Made by a program: the position numbers and the translations under genes. A stretch of DNA of 64,000 bases, taken from assembly GCF_964204645.1 (NCBI RefSeq), contig NC_134026.1:22788150-22852149 (forward strand). The letters are read 5' to 3'. Within the stretch, counting starts at the first letter, position 1. Each line of letters opens with the position of its first letter. The notes under the pieces were generated by a model. The model was not told where the DNA came from, made no database searches, and saw nothing but the letters and a program-made list of their open reading frames with translations. Of this stretch, positions 27,846 through 39,347 are shown in pieces. This DNA is from Tubulanus polymorphus. Its lineage: Eukaryota > Animalia > Nemertea.

Positions 27846-28038
27846 ATGTGGAATTGACGCGTGTACATAGTGTATTTGATGAACGTTAATCGCTGGCTTG
27901 GAGACAATCTTCGTGTTTCATAACATCAAAAAAGTATATGACGTACTACCTTGATGGTATTACTTGACATTATCCACTACGCAAATATTATAATTTTGTA
28001 TAAGGGATTTTGTCCGTTTTTATCGTAATCTACTGGTG

Positions 28039-30447
28039 ATGGAAGGATACTTAGCATCATTAGTGGTATTCATGTTCGGCGTTCCTGCCTCTGATGGTAT
28101 CGGTAAAATAGGTAAGAAAAACTCTTTTTGAAAAATAACAAAAACTCAACGGTGATCGCTTGGATTCTAAAACACGTAAAATAAATCAAATTTTACGTGC
28201 GCATTTATACGTATTTCAACTTGGAAGATTTGATCCAAGCCTTTCGTATGTGGTATTTGGTGATATCTACTGTATCCCATCAAACGTGGACCTACGATTA
28301 ATTAGATTAGAATTATCTGTCGTTAAAAGATGGAGTAGAGAACTAAATCTGAATCTGGAAGCGGAATGAATGAAAAATATTCTGCATGATAAAAAATGCG
28401 TAGGCTATTCGTCCTTTGGTGCTTCGAACTGCGTAGGCTGGACATGAGAAAGGGTGTGGTCTGTTATTCTTGGTAGTTGAAAACAGACCGCTAATTAAAA
28501 AATCGAAACCAGGTGCAGCGTATATTCATCGAATCAATGGCTAAGTTGAATATTCTTCCCGCACAGCCGAAGAACGATACGATTTCGAAAACCAAGTATT
28601 ACCACCTAACTGGTCATCTATGACCAGCGGTGAATGGCGAATTATCCAGGCTAAGAATGAAACTCCCCATGTCGACCACACCAGTGAGTCTTGTCAAATA
28701 TGAGCATGTATTCTTGGTGTATGTCATCAACTACATACTTGCTGTGTATCTCGTTAGATAAATATGTAAACTGTTTTGTAGCTGGAACAGGCGATGGTTA
28801 TTTTCTAACGCACGATACGCTAAATGGCACTTGGGCGTGGCATCATTTGTATACAAATTGGCGAGATTTGGGCAGCAGTTCGGCCATTTGCGTGAAATTC
28901 TGGTTCTATTTGGAATATGAAACTAGCAAGTATGATCATCCGTATGCAAAGGTGCGTCCTAGCTTTAAATTATCTAATGTCAAGAAATAAATGATGTCAA
29001 TCTAAAAAAACAACATATTTTTGCAGGTGTACTTAAATGAGATGCATGCAAATGGCGTACTGATAATAAGGGCAGTTAATCGAATGTTTCCTTCAAAAAG
29101 GGGGCGCTGGAGGGAATCCTCCTTCTCTTTTCATGTGCATAGAAAAGCGACGTACATGGTAATCACAAATTCTCTTTATTTCAATGAAAACACAGGTTCG
29201 AAATAGGCTGGAACAGGACAAGTGCAATACGCTATCGAATTATTCCGTCACCAAAATCCTTTGTGACCAGGGGGAAATGGCGATGTTTATGGGCAAAAGC
29301 ATGAACTTTTGATATGGGTTAATTTAGGGTAAATTGATTCTATTTTCGTAACACCTAGATTTTTGCCTGTCCCATCTTAGGTTAGAGTCAGTCTGAGGTT
29401 GTATCAGAACAGGAAAAAAATTTCATTTCACATCGACGATTTCACTTTTTATTGGGCCTCATGCAGTGCTGTAAGTAAGTAAGACGACAGGAGTACTATA
29501 TATAAATTTAAAAAGAAACGAATTGCAACGTTTATGAGGACCGCGGAATTGAAAAAGATTATTTTTCTCTCTTTTGTTTTATAATTTCAGAACTGGAGGA
29601 AGCATTTTCTTGCGAAATTTCTACAAATTCTTTTAAGTGTCGGAATGGGCGTTGTATAAATCCGTATGAAGTCTGTGATCGTATTGACGACTGCGGTGAT
29701 AAAACCGATGAAATAAAATGCCCAGTTTTCGTACCTAAATTTACGACGTCGAAGACGCCAACGACGACACCAACCATTCGTAGGAGAGGTACCACGTCAC
29801 GGATACCAAACGATAGCGCTGCACGTAAGTTTTATAATAGATGGGTATAGTTGTTTTCATATCTATATCATGGTCGAAACGTTCCCCTGGTTGTATTGCA
29901 GTACTGGCAATGATATAATGTTGATTCCTGTGGGCATCATAGTATTTCATGGGATGATTTATATTATTCTACACATAGCCCGATATCATAACATAACAAT
30001 TAAATTTGTAGTTTCAGACGAGGGGCCACGCCTTGATGTTATATTACCGATTGCTATCGGTGGCGGCATCATTATCATCGCTGTGCTTGCAGCTTTTCTG
30101 AGCAGACGTGTTTTTCGTGTACTGACTGACGTCGACGGAGATGATTCTAGCCGTCGAAATAGTTCGTCGGGAGCCGAGAGAACCACAATCAATCCAGCGT
30201 TTGATAATAACGCCCCGCCATCGTATCGTGAAGCGGTATCAGGAAAATACGTTTTGCGTTATTAGATGTGAAACCTGGCAGCTTGCGCCTGGGATATGAA
30301 TTTCTGATTATGGCTTACGTTGACTGAAATGTGATCTCCGTTCCTGCTGAATCCTGATTCAAATTATCTCCATTTAGCGCCATTTTATACCTTTCATTTC
30401 CTTCCTTGTAGTTTGATGACAATAATGTATACAATATTCCTATATAA
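28039..30447 (+). CDS. Single-pass membrane protein: signal peptide, MAM domain, LDL-receptor class A repeat, Thr-rich stalk, TM, PPxY tail
   Basis: [20 protein letters not shown]; MAM hallmarks [28 protein letters not shown]; LDLa [30 protein letters not shown]; [23 protein letters not shown]; APPSYREA. The last exon (30412-30447, [11 protein letters not shown]) is inferred; unspliced, the stop is at 30265. Confidence 0.82.
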
Positions 30448-30632
30448 CTGTTATGAGCGCTTTATAAAAATACGTAATCTTTACCTTTTTTCTACTGTTT
30501 CTAATACTTGATACGCGTATTATACACAGTTCTTTTCCACACACATTTCTGAACTCATTAAAATGTGTTTGTTTCGTTTAAATTCAGTTGTTTATCAATT
30601 CCGTTCGCTTTTTGGCAAAACACGTGTCATGC

Positions 30633-31758
30633 CTATTCACATGGTGGATTAGGTGGATCGTTGCTCTGTTTAATATTCCCTTCGTCGCAGGCGGAATTTT
30701 GATCTTCGTTGAGCGAAGATTTATGTCGCGCTGATGAAACGTGGTTGAGGAATGGTTTCAGTTGGGCTGATCTCGGACCGGTCGGAATCAACATATCGCA
30801 CGCCACGCATCTTATATGTACGGTACCCTTATGCATGTCGACAAAGCACGATTCGACGGCTAACCCTTGTTTGACTTTCATCGAGTCGAGTATATCGATG
30901 AAATGATCGACGTCGTTCAGTGTACTTTGACGGACGAGTCGGCTTTTGTTTTCACCTGGAAAGGAATTAAACTCTCGATATCACCTGAATCTGTCGAAAA
31001 CGATGAGTTTTGTTTTTGAATTAAGTTGATTTAAGACAAAAATGCAAGCGCGTATCATAAACTGCACCTACTTTTTGGCGGTTCCGATTGCGATGTCTCT
31101 GTGTAACTGTCGTTTGTCAACGATGGCTTTTTATTTTGAAATATTTCCTGTACAATGATTCTTTCCGGGTCGTTATTTTCAGACATATCGTGAGCACCTC
31201 GCCTTCCTTTTCGATCGCTAAGCATAAACGCGTTGATAACTCTGTCGAATTGGGGGTCAATTCTTTTCGGCTTGGCGGCAGCTTGTTGGCTTTTGTAAAT
31301 GCAGAATATCAGGAGAAACCCGGCGAATATTGAGATGCCCATAGTCACCGAGAAAATGATCCACGCAATGGTGGGATCGAACCCTGAAAGAAAAGGCTTT
31401 CGAAATTATACCTTCAAAAAAAACAAAAAACATGGTGAGATTTAGGAATTATTCACGTGACTATGCGCATATATTTTCTCAATAAGGCCTACATATACCA
31501 AGGTTTGTGGTGATGAAAAAAAATCGAAAAAGATTTTCCTGTTGTATTTTGTAGTTTCAGTAATATAATTAAAAAATAACGGTTTAAAAGTGATATTTTG
31601 TTTAGAATGTCACGATGGGAATTAATAAACCGAAAAGTACAATTGATGGAGTTTGGCAGAATAGATCAGCGATATCACGAAAATCGTCGAACCTTACCAA
31701 TTGTATCGATAAATCCCATTCCTTCGCCGTCCGTCACATTGTATGAGGTTTCGTTCAT
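30633..31758 (-). CDS. Uncharacterised single-pass membrane protein with C-terminal C-x2-C-x18-H-x5-H zinc finger (3 exons)
   Basis: Exons about 31758-31698, 31383-31072 and 30956-30633 join in frame through phase-1 GT-AG introns: MNETSYNVTD...PTIAWIIFSVTMGISIFAGFLLIFCIYK...IRCVACDMLIPTGPRSAQLKPFLNHVSSARH. Confidence 0.7.
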
Positions 31759-32675
31759 ATTTTGAAGTACGCGAGGTGGATGGTTAATCAAAAATATAGG
31801 CTTCGGTGTAAACACGCACCTTCCCGCGTTATAGACAATCGGCGCGTTTGCTAGATACCATCGGTCAATATATCCATTATCAATTCCATCTATGCACAGC
31901 CTATATTTGCCGTATATTATGCGAGGATTTACTAAGATACGCGGCCGGCAGTAAAGGTACTAAGAGATAATTAGAATTTTATCCACACTGACGGTCGAAG
32001 ACGAACGGTCAACAATAGGTCCGACATCTTCGTCGCAATCAAACGGAAATTTCAATGGAAACATGTCCCATAACAAAAATACCCCCGAGCGACGGAGCTC
32101 TTAATGATGTATCTACATAATATTTACTCTGTAAATTAATGGCAATCATGAATGGCGCCTTGGGACTGCGTCGTTTGCCCACTCGCTCCTTAAGTGAATT
32201 ATCTGAATCTATGCACTTCTTCATCAATCGACCCTCTCTCGTGCAATAATCCCCTGATATCACCCTGGCTCGTCACCGGTCTCGAGGTGTCTTTTGGCGG
32301 GCCGGGGTTGACGATTTTCACGAATGAGGACGTTTTTGTTTCGCAAGTCAAAGGCGGTCCTTTCGGGTCTCTTGTTAAGCCAATTTATAACCAACTATAC
32401 AGATATCCGCCGTCGAGGTAGGCAACGATTTGGAAGTCAGTTAACCACTATGATCCAACAACATTGAGGTCTTTGTCGGGGGTTAAGCGATTCCGGGGAG
32501 TCAATGAAGGCCGTCCTTTTGACCGAACGGCTTTCAAAACAATACATAAGTTAAAATTCGATGCGAGAAAGGATAAACTGGCTACTAAACCTATGTTGTA
32601 CAGTACGCTTCAATAAATTCGCCTTATTGAATCAATACAATCGCCGGATCGCTACTGTGGCAATCGAGTAACAAA

Positions 32676-35403
32676 ATGGCGTCTGCAGAAGTTTCGTCTG
32701 AAAAAAGCCCCCAAAAATTGAAGATTTGTGCATTTTATATAAAAAAGAAGAATCGCAACTGTCGAGTAATACCGTGTAAAGGCTCAATATATTGTGCTGA
32801 GCATATCGGACCAAATCAAGTAAGCGGGTATAAAGTGTCTCATTGAGAAAGAGCAATAAATTCAGTCGTTTTCTAGTAAATTCAATCCAAATTAAATTCA
32901 ATTATGCGCGTTTTTCTATAGGATTGCCTTGGCCGTAAAAGACTACCATGTCCCCTAGATCCTAAGCAGTAAGTACAATGATAAACTATAAACTGGGTAA
33001 CGTTTTGAGATCTAACCCAATATATACAACACAGATAGGCTTAAATGATAGGCCTCTATTTAAATTGAAAATATCAGTTAGATAGTTCATTCTTTGAATT
33101 ACCAGATAATGATGTATAGGTTCCCCTTGGGAATGATAACTATTCATACAAAAAATAGACTCATTTTTCATTATCTTTTCAAAATTTATATCTTTGCAGT
33201 TCTTGCTATGCCGATAAGTTAGAAAAACATTTGAAGAAGTGCAATAGCCGAGAAATGCCTCAACCGGTAAGATTCATATCCTCATACTGAATATACAATA
33301 CCCTCTCAACAGTTGCAAATATGGGAGTAAGCTCAACTGTTAGTTGATTACACTAGCCACTTGGTTAAAGATAAAATATCAAGATTGGCCCCTGTTTATT
33401 TTTGTATTCCAGGCGTATTTTGCAAAGAATGTGAATTCTGGACCTGAGTTAAAAGGTGTCAACAAGGTATATACGCTGAAAGAAAGGAAAAAATTGAAAT
33501 CACTAAAACTTCACTGATTTACAATTATAGTATGATGTTTTTGAAAATTGTGTTTCAGGTTTCAATTCGCTCAGTTCCATCTTCTGATGTATTAGAAATC
33601 ATAGAAAAAGTAAAACACATTTATAAAGGTATTTGCTGGATGAGATCGAAAGGTTTGGTTTGGTTCTTCCAAACGTCTGGAACTAACTCAGTAATGTTGT
33701 CTACTTCGGCAGATAATCCAGTGGAAATTGTGGATGAAGTTTTATTTCATGAATCATTGACAGAAGAGTCTAAAACTCCAGGTTATGGTGAACCAGCCTT
33801 AAAACACATAAATCAACAAGTAAGAACTTCTGTTCACCAACATGGCTGACATACCGGTATAGATTTTCCGCATTCCCCTAACTCTAACTGTTAACCCATA
33901 CATTTTTTTCAGGCTTCTATTATTGGTCAGTTGGACCGATTGAAATGGCTGAATGATAACACAATATACGTGGAGTTTGGTGCTGGCAAAGGTAAGAAAT
34001 GTCTGTCAGTTAATAGAAAATAGAAAATTTGATATGATTTAAATAGATATCATTTCAAACATATTTTTGAACAGGTCATTTAGCTCACTGGACAGTGAAA
34101 TCAGTTCCGCATTCAAAGAATAATAGTTATGTAACAATCGATAGAGGAAGTATAAAACACAAGGTAACATTTGGATTGAACCAACAATTAAAAGTCTTCG
34201 ACATACTCCCATAGATATAAGATGATTTCATATTCCACATTCATTTTAGTTGGATATGCCTCACATATATGACAGCAATGTAGACTTCCATCGACTGAAA
34301 ATTGATATCAAAGATTTAAAACTCGGTAAGAAAAACTGTCACACCATTGCCTGGAAAATCAAAAGTTTACAATTTTTTGTGAAACACGGCCCTGGCAATA
34401 ATATGCATTATGACTTGAACTGAATTCTACCGAATTTGGATTGTTTATTAGATGAAGTGGAATGTATAAAAAATCGCCCAAGACAGATCGTTGCAATGAG
34501 TAAACATCTTTGTGGAGTTGCCACAGGTAATGAATTTCTCAGATACATTGTATTTGTTATTCGAATGTTTTCAATAGAATTACGAATCGGTCATGGACTG
34601 TGTTCATATTTGTTAGATTTGACACTGCAATGTTTAGTCAAAGTCGGGGTATCGGTAGACTCGAATTCAAGTGGTGAGAAGGATGGAAAGCAGGCAAAGG
34701 TACCAAAAGTAGAGGAATCTGAATCGTCAAATAGGTAATATGAAAATTGTTTTATGTTGAATACATGTAGTAATAACCACACTTCTATTATGGTCAACCT
34801 ATTTTCCTAACCAAGTGTATTTCATTCCAGATTATTTCAAATCGTATGAATTGTTGGTTTTCAGTTTTGTAAAAGGAGCAGTTATCGCTCTGTGCTGTCA
34901 TCACCGATGTGACTGGAATAATTACTGCGGGCACAAGTTCTTCACCGATGAGGGACTAGCAGCGAAAGACTTCCAGCTGATGTACTCACTGAGCAGCTGG
35001 GCTATTTGTGGATTTGCCACTAAAGGCATGTATTGTATGAATGTTCAGTATTGTCATTTTGTAAATTTGTTTTGTTAGAGCTTTGTTAAAGTTCTGCTTT
35101 CAATTTACAGAGGAGGAAGGAAAAGAATTAGCACCGATGTAAGTTAAGTTTTATAGTAAGAGCATGTGTATATTTTATTTCTGAACGCGTATCTGACTGT
35201 TTCACTCGTCAAATTTTCATTACAGAAAATTTGGGAACTTGACCAATGAATACAAGGAACATATCGGCCGAATGTGTAAACGAGTAATTGATTTAGGACG
35301 AATGAAATATTTACAAGAGAACGGATTTTATGTGACTTTTAAGAGATACATTGACAGTTCGGTGTCACCGGAAAATATAATGATGGTTATCGAAGCTAGA
35401 TGA
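32676..35403 (+). CDS. TRMT13: tRNA:m(4)X modification enzyme TRM13 homologue (about 14 short exons)
   Basis: CCCH finger CAFYIKKKNRNC..YCAEH, CHHC finger RLPCPLDPKHSCYADKLEKHLKKCN, EFGAGKGHLAHW, SKHLCGVATDLTLQCL, IALCCHHRCDW, SPENIMM. Confidence 0.95.
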
Positions 35404-35527
35404 CCGAATGACTGATAATCTGTGATTTTGATTATTGAAATTACAGCAAAACCAGTTTTAACCTACGGACACGTACATGTACAATCATAATCACTTCATT
35501 AGAATTTACGATAATCAGTATTATGTT

Positions 35528-36163
35528 TTACTCATAATAAGTCGCGAAAACGCAACCAGTTGCAAATAAATCTTTGTCTTTGTACGTATAACTGGCGTAA
35601 TTGTCATTTTCTGCGTCCCACACGCATTTCGAGCCCATCTGATAACCTTGCCCTTTGATATGACCGATCGTGACGATGCAGACGAATTTATATCGCCTCA
35701 AACCGAGGCGTTTTACCGATATTTTGATTCTATCGCTCAAAACGGCGCATTCGCCGTTCAAACTGACGTCGTAGGATTTCCCCTGGAGAGCCGCGTGCAG
35801 AACATCCCGTATTATTCTCTCCACTGGTTCTGGTTGGAATTGTTTGTCCGGTTTCATTTTGAAGGTGTTCGCCGTTCGGTTCAGTTTTTCTTGGTCGGTC
35901 AAGTTCGAAGTCTGGTCGTGAAGCAAATATTGACGCCGTTTCAACGACATGATGCTCGAGATTGACAAACCTCTGAATGATTTGACGGATGTAGTAGAAA
36001 GATTTCTATCCCTGCCGACGTGTTCACTTTTTCTCGCGATCTTTCGCTCGGGGGAAGTTACGATCTGTTTGGTGGCCTCGGACACCTTCTGAATTGCGCA
36101 ATCCGTCTCTTCAGCGTGATGAAAGGATACCTGGTGGTTTGTGTTCTCTGACTTCGAAGTCAT
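35528..36163 (-). CDS. Tctex1-domain dynein light chain (TCTEX1D1/DYNLT5-like), single coding exon
   Basis: NTFKMKPDKQFQPEPVERII, RYKFVCIVTIG, SKCVWDAENDNYASYTYKDKDLFATGCVFATYYE. Confidence 0.9.
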   Translation of the reverse strand: MTSKSENTNHQVSFHHAEETDCAIQKVSEATKQIVTSPERKIARKSEHVGRDRNLSTTSVKSFRGLSISSIMSLKRRQYLLHDQTSNLTDQEKLNRTANTFKMKPDKQFQPEPVERIIRDVLHAALQGKSYDVSLNGECAVLSDRIKISVKRLGLRRYKFVCIVTIGHIKGQGYQMGSKCVWDAENDNYASYTYKDKDLFATGCVFATYYE

Positions 36164-38119
36164 GGTCTCCTACGTAAATTGATTATAAAAATGAACAACC
36201 TTCTTAATCAGTCAATAGGATTTTTTAAAGAGGGTCATAATTAATACAAGCGGAACTGTATGCCATATTATGCACCGTGTCCCCTGAGCGCCGAAATAGG
36301 CAAACGAACATTTCTGAATTCTAGAAATTGCTTGATTGTTCATCAAAATTGTCTTGGTTATCTAGAATTCGAAGCTTGAGAGGGGCGTTTTCTAGACCTT
36401 TCAAGGCTTAATATTCATGACATTTCCGGAGTACGAAAAATGTTGAGAACTAGAAAAATGTGGAACTTAGATTCAAAAGGTCGCCCGACCCCCTCTCGTG
36501 ACGCCCAAAGTGATGGTGATGCCCAATTAGTAAATTTCAATTACACCGTTACGCTGAATATGGTTTAACGGCATAACTACAAACGAAAAGGCCAAGACAT
36601 CAGGTATTTTCATCATCTTGCAAACGAAATTGTGTGGATAAGGACGAATGAATTAAATATGTCGTAACTCGAAACGTTGGAGAAGAATGAACAAACATCG
36701 GAAATTTTAAGTTAATTTAGATGAACATAAACTGCAAAAATGAACTAGTTTTGATAATATTTCTTTCGAAATTCGGTGTTTTTTTCCGATATTTCTGCAA
36801 ATTTACACACATTTTAGAACTTACATTAAATGAACTCCTTAAACAATTATTCCAAATAGTAAGTATTTTAATTCAATACTCAATAGCACTTGCACACGTT
36901 CGTCTCTAGCAAAAATATGAAGTGAATGGATATATCAGATACGGCCAACTATTAGTTTTAGCTGTAAGCATAGCTAATTCTTCTGCCTTAATTGGAAATT
37001 GATTATGCGCACTGAAATCTACTTAAAGGACGGATTTTACGTATCTTAAGTTCGCAATTAGATTACATCAAATGATTTATATATTTACTTAGCGTAAAAA
37101 GGTAACTCTCAGGGTGAGCTGCGATTATGAAATATAACGAACTACGGGTACGGTTATCGCCAAAACCAAGACATCAGATATGTTTATCTGGCAGTAAACA
37201 TCTAACGCATTCGTACATGCATGATAACATTGGTAAGATTCAATGGATGGAATTTCATTTAAAACGAAGGGATCATAATATGACAACGAGTTTTCTCACA
37301 GAAAACATACATAAATTATCAAATGGTGCATTATATATAGCTAGAACTTACTATCTTCAAAGCTCATTGCATAGTCCATCTCAATGACAAGCAATAAAAC
37401 AACTATTTTTGAGATCTATGCAAACTGTTCCGACAGAATTGCTATGGTTACCATATACGCAAACTGAATACAGAGTCTGGATATTAGAAGATCTATTAAT
37501 GACACTGGCACACGAATCGTACCCGTAATTAGGCGAAAAAGAGTCCATCAAACTGTCATTTCAACAGTTACGAGAGGTTATTATTACCGTCATTAACGCT
37601 ACGAAGCCAATATTCACGAGTATTGAGTCAGAAATGTAACATTTTGATTTATATATATATATATGAATAATTTCATTTCCAAGATGAATTAATTGCAATA
37701 CGTATCGGCCTCTCCCACGGATCGGAATTAAAACTTACCTTTATGCTTCAATTAATATACAATCTCTGTCTCAAGTGCTCCACTATATCTAGTTTTATTT
37801 CTTCGTGAGAGATATTATTCAAGTTGTAGAATGAGACAAGACACTGATAAGACTCCAAAGGTAACCATAGGTGCGATATAACAAACAGTGACACGAAACA
37901 AGATAATTGTGCCGCATATAGATTCTACTTATTCCATTCTAGATTTTATGAGAAATCAGGATTGTTTATCAAACATGTAAAGATCAGGATTGAGATATAA
38001 AAGTTCAGTAAATAATTGTTACGTTATAAAGCACGGAATTAAAGCAATTCTAATGGCAGAGCTTTGCTTCAGTCTTGGGGCCTAGGTCTGGGACGGTCTT
38101 ATCAATCCTCCAATGATGC

Positions 38120-38213
38120 ATCCTTTGTTCATCATCTCGTATGATACATGTACATCCTTGGCCCATCAAACCCTTGTTCATCATCTCTTATGATACATCC
38201 TTGGGCCATCAAA
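38120..38213. repeat. About 48 bp tandem duplication
   Basis: ttgttcatcatctc(g/t)tatgatacat...ccttgg(c/g)ccatcaaa occurs twice. Confidence 0.8.
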
Positions 38214-38465
38214 AGCTCCGCTTAAACCCCATAGAAGCAACAACATGCGTGAAAATGTATTTGATGTTTTTCATTTCATTTATTATGTCTCTGCATCAAA
38301 AAAGGAAATGACAAAGTTCCTACTACACATTGTTTTTCATAGTTAATTACTTCTCACACACATTACATGGAGTTTTCCCCTGTTAAGTCAATGACACAAT
38401 ATTCTCCCAAAACTACACCTAAATTGAAATGTTTACAGATAAAATAATTCTACGAATAACCTAGG

Positions 38466-39347
38466 TCATTGACCGAATGTAACATTTTGTTGTTTTTCAG
38501 TGTGTTGCTTATGCAAGTCTTTGGCTTTATTCTTATAAAATTCTGCTCGTTTTTCATCCTTCTCGACCCCTTCTCCCTTTGCATACATTTGACTTAAATT
38601 AACACAGGCAGGGAAGATTCCTCCATCGCAGCCAAGTTTCGAATAATCGAAAGCCTTTTTCATGTCCTTTTTGATTACATTTTCTTTGCCACTGATATAA
38701 AGCCCACTTAGATGAAAACAACTTATATAATTTCCACCTTTACATGCTTTATCGAAGTATTCTGCAGCCTGTTTATAGTCTTTCTTATGGCTAATTTGCC
38801 CTCCTCCATAAAGAAAAGCCAGGTTGTTACAAGCGGGCATATAACCAGCACTGCACCCTTTATTGTAGTAATCAAATGCAGCTGCTGAACTCTTTTCTTC
38901 ACCTGAAGATATCAAGAAACTAAAATGTATTTTCGTATAATTTCTAAGTTTTCTGAGTGAAGACTTTTCAACTTACCCCCTTTTCCAGTCAATCGAAAGT
39001 TCCCGTATTTGAAACAACTGTGGCCATATTGAAAATCGTCACAATTCGAACGGAAGACTTTGGCAGCTTTCTCAAAGTTTTTACGAAACACCTCTTCAAA
39101 GTCGGCAAGTCTATGGCACCCTTAACATAAAAATACAACCAATTGCTATAAACGCAGACAGAAAATAAATAACATTTGAATTGCATTTGACAGCGTATTG
39201 CGTAATGAAGCCGGAAGTAAGAAATTTAGTAGCCTAAGTTTTACCTTCGGGGTTCTTTTCCTCGAAACACTGATAACGATATTCAATTCCTAAGTTTTTA
39301 AGATATTCCTTAGCCTGCTTTTCATCTTTTAAATCGTATAAACTCAT
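38466..39347 (-). CDS. COA7: Cytochrome c oxidase assembly factor 7 (Sel1 repeats), 3 exons
   Basis: [75 protein letters not shown]. Confidence 0.94.

Noticed and set aside
19835-35403. DPH2 and TRMT13 as a translation-modification gene cluster
   Set aside because: Separated by four unrelated genes; chance proximity in a compact genome is sufficient.
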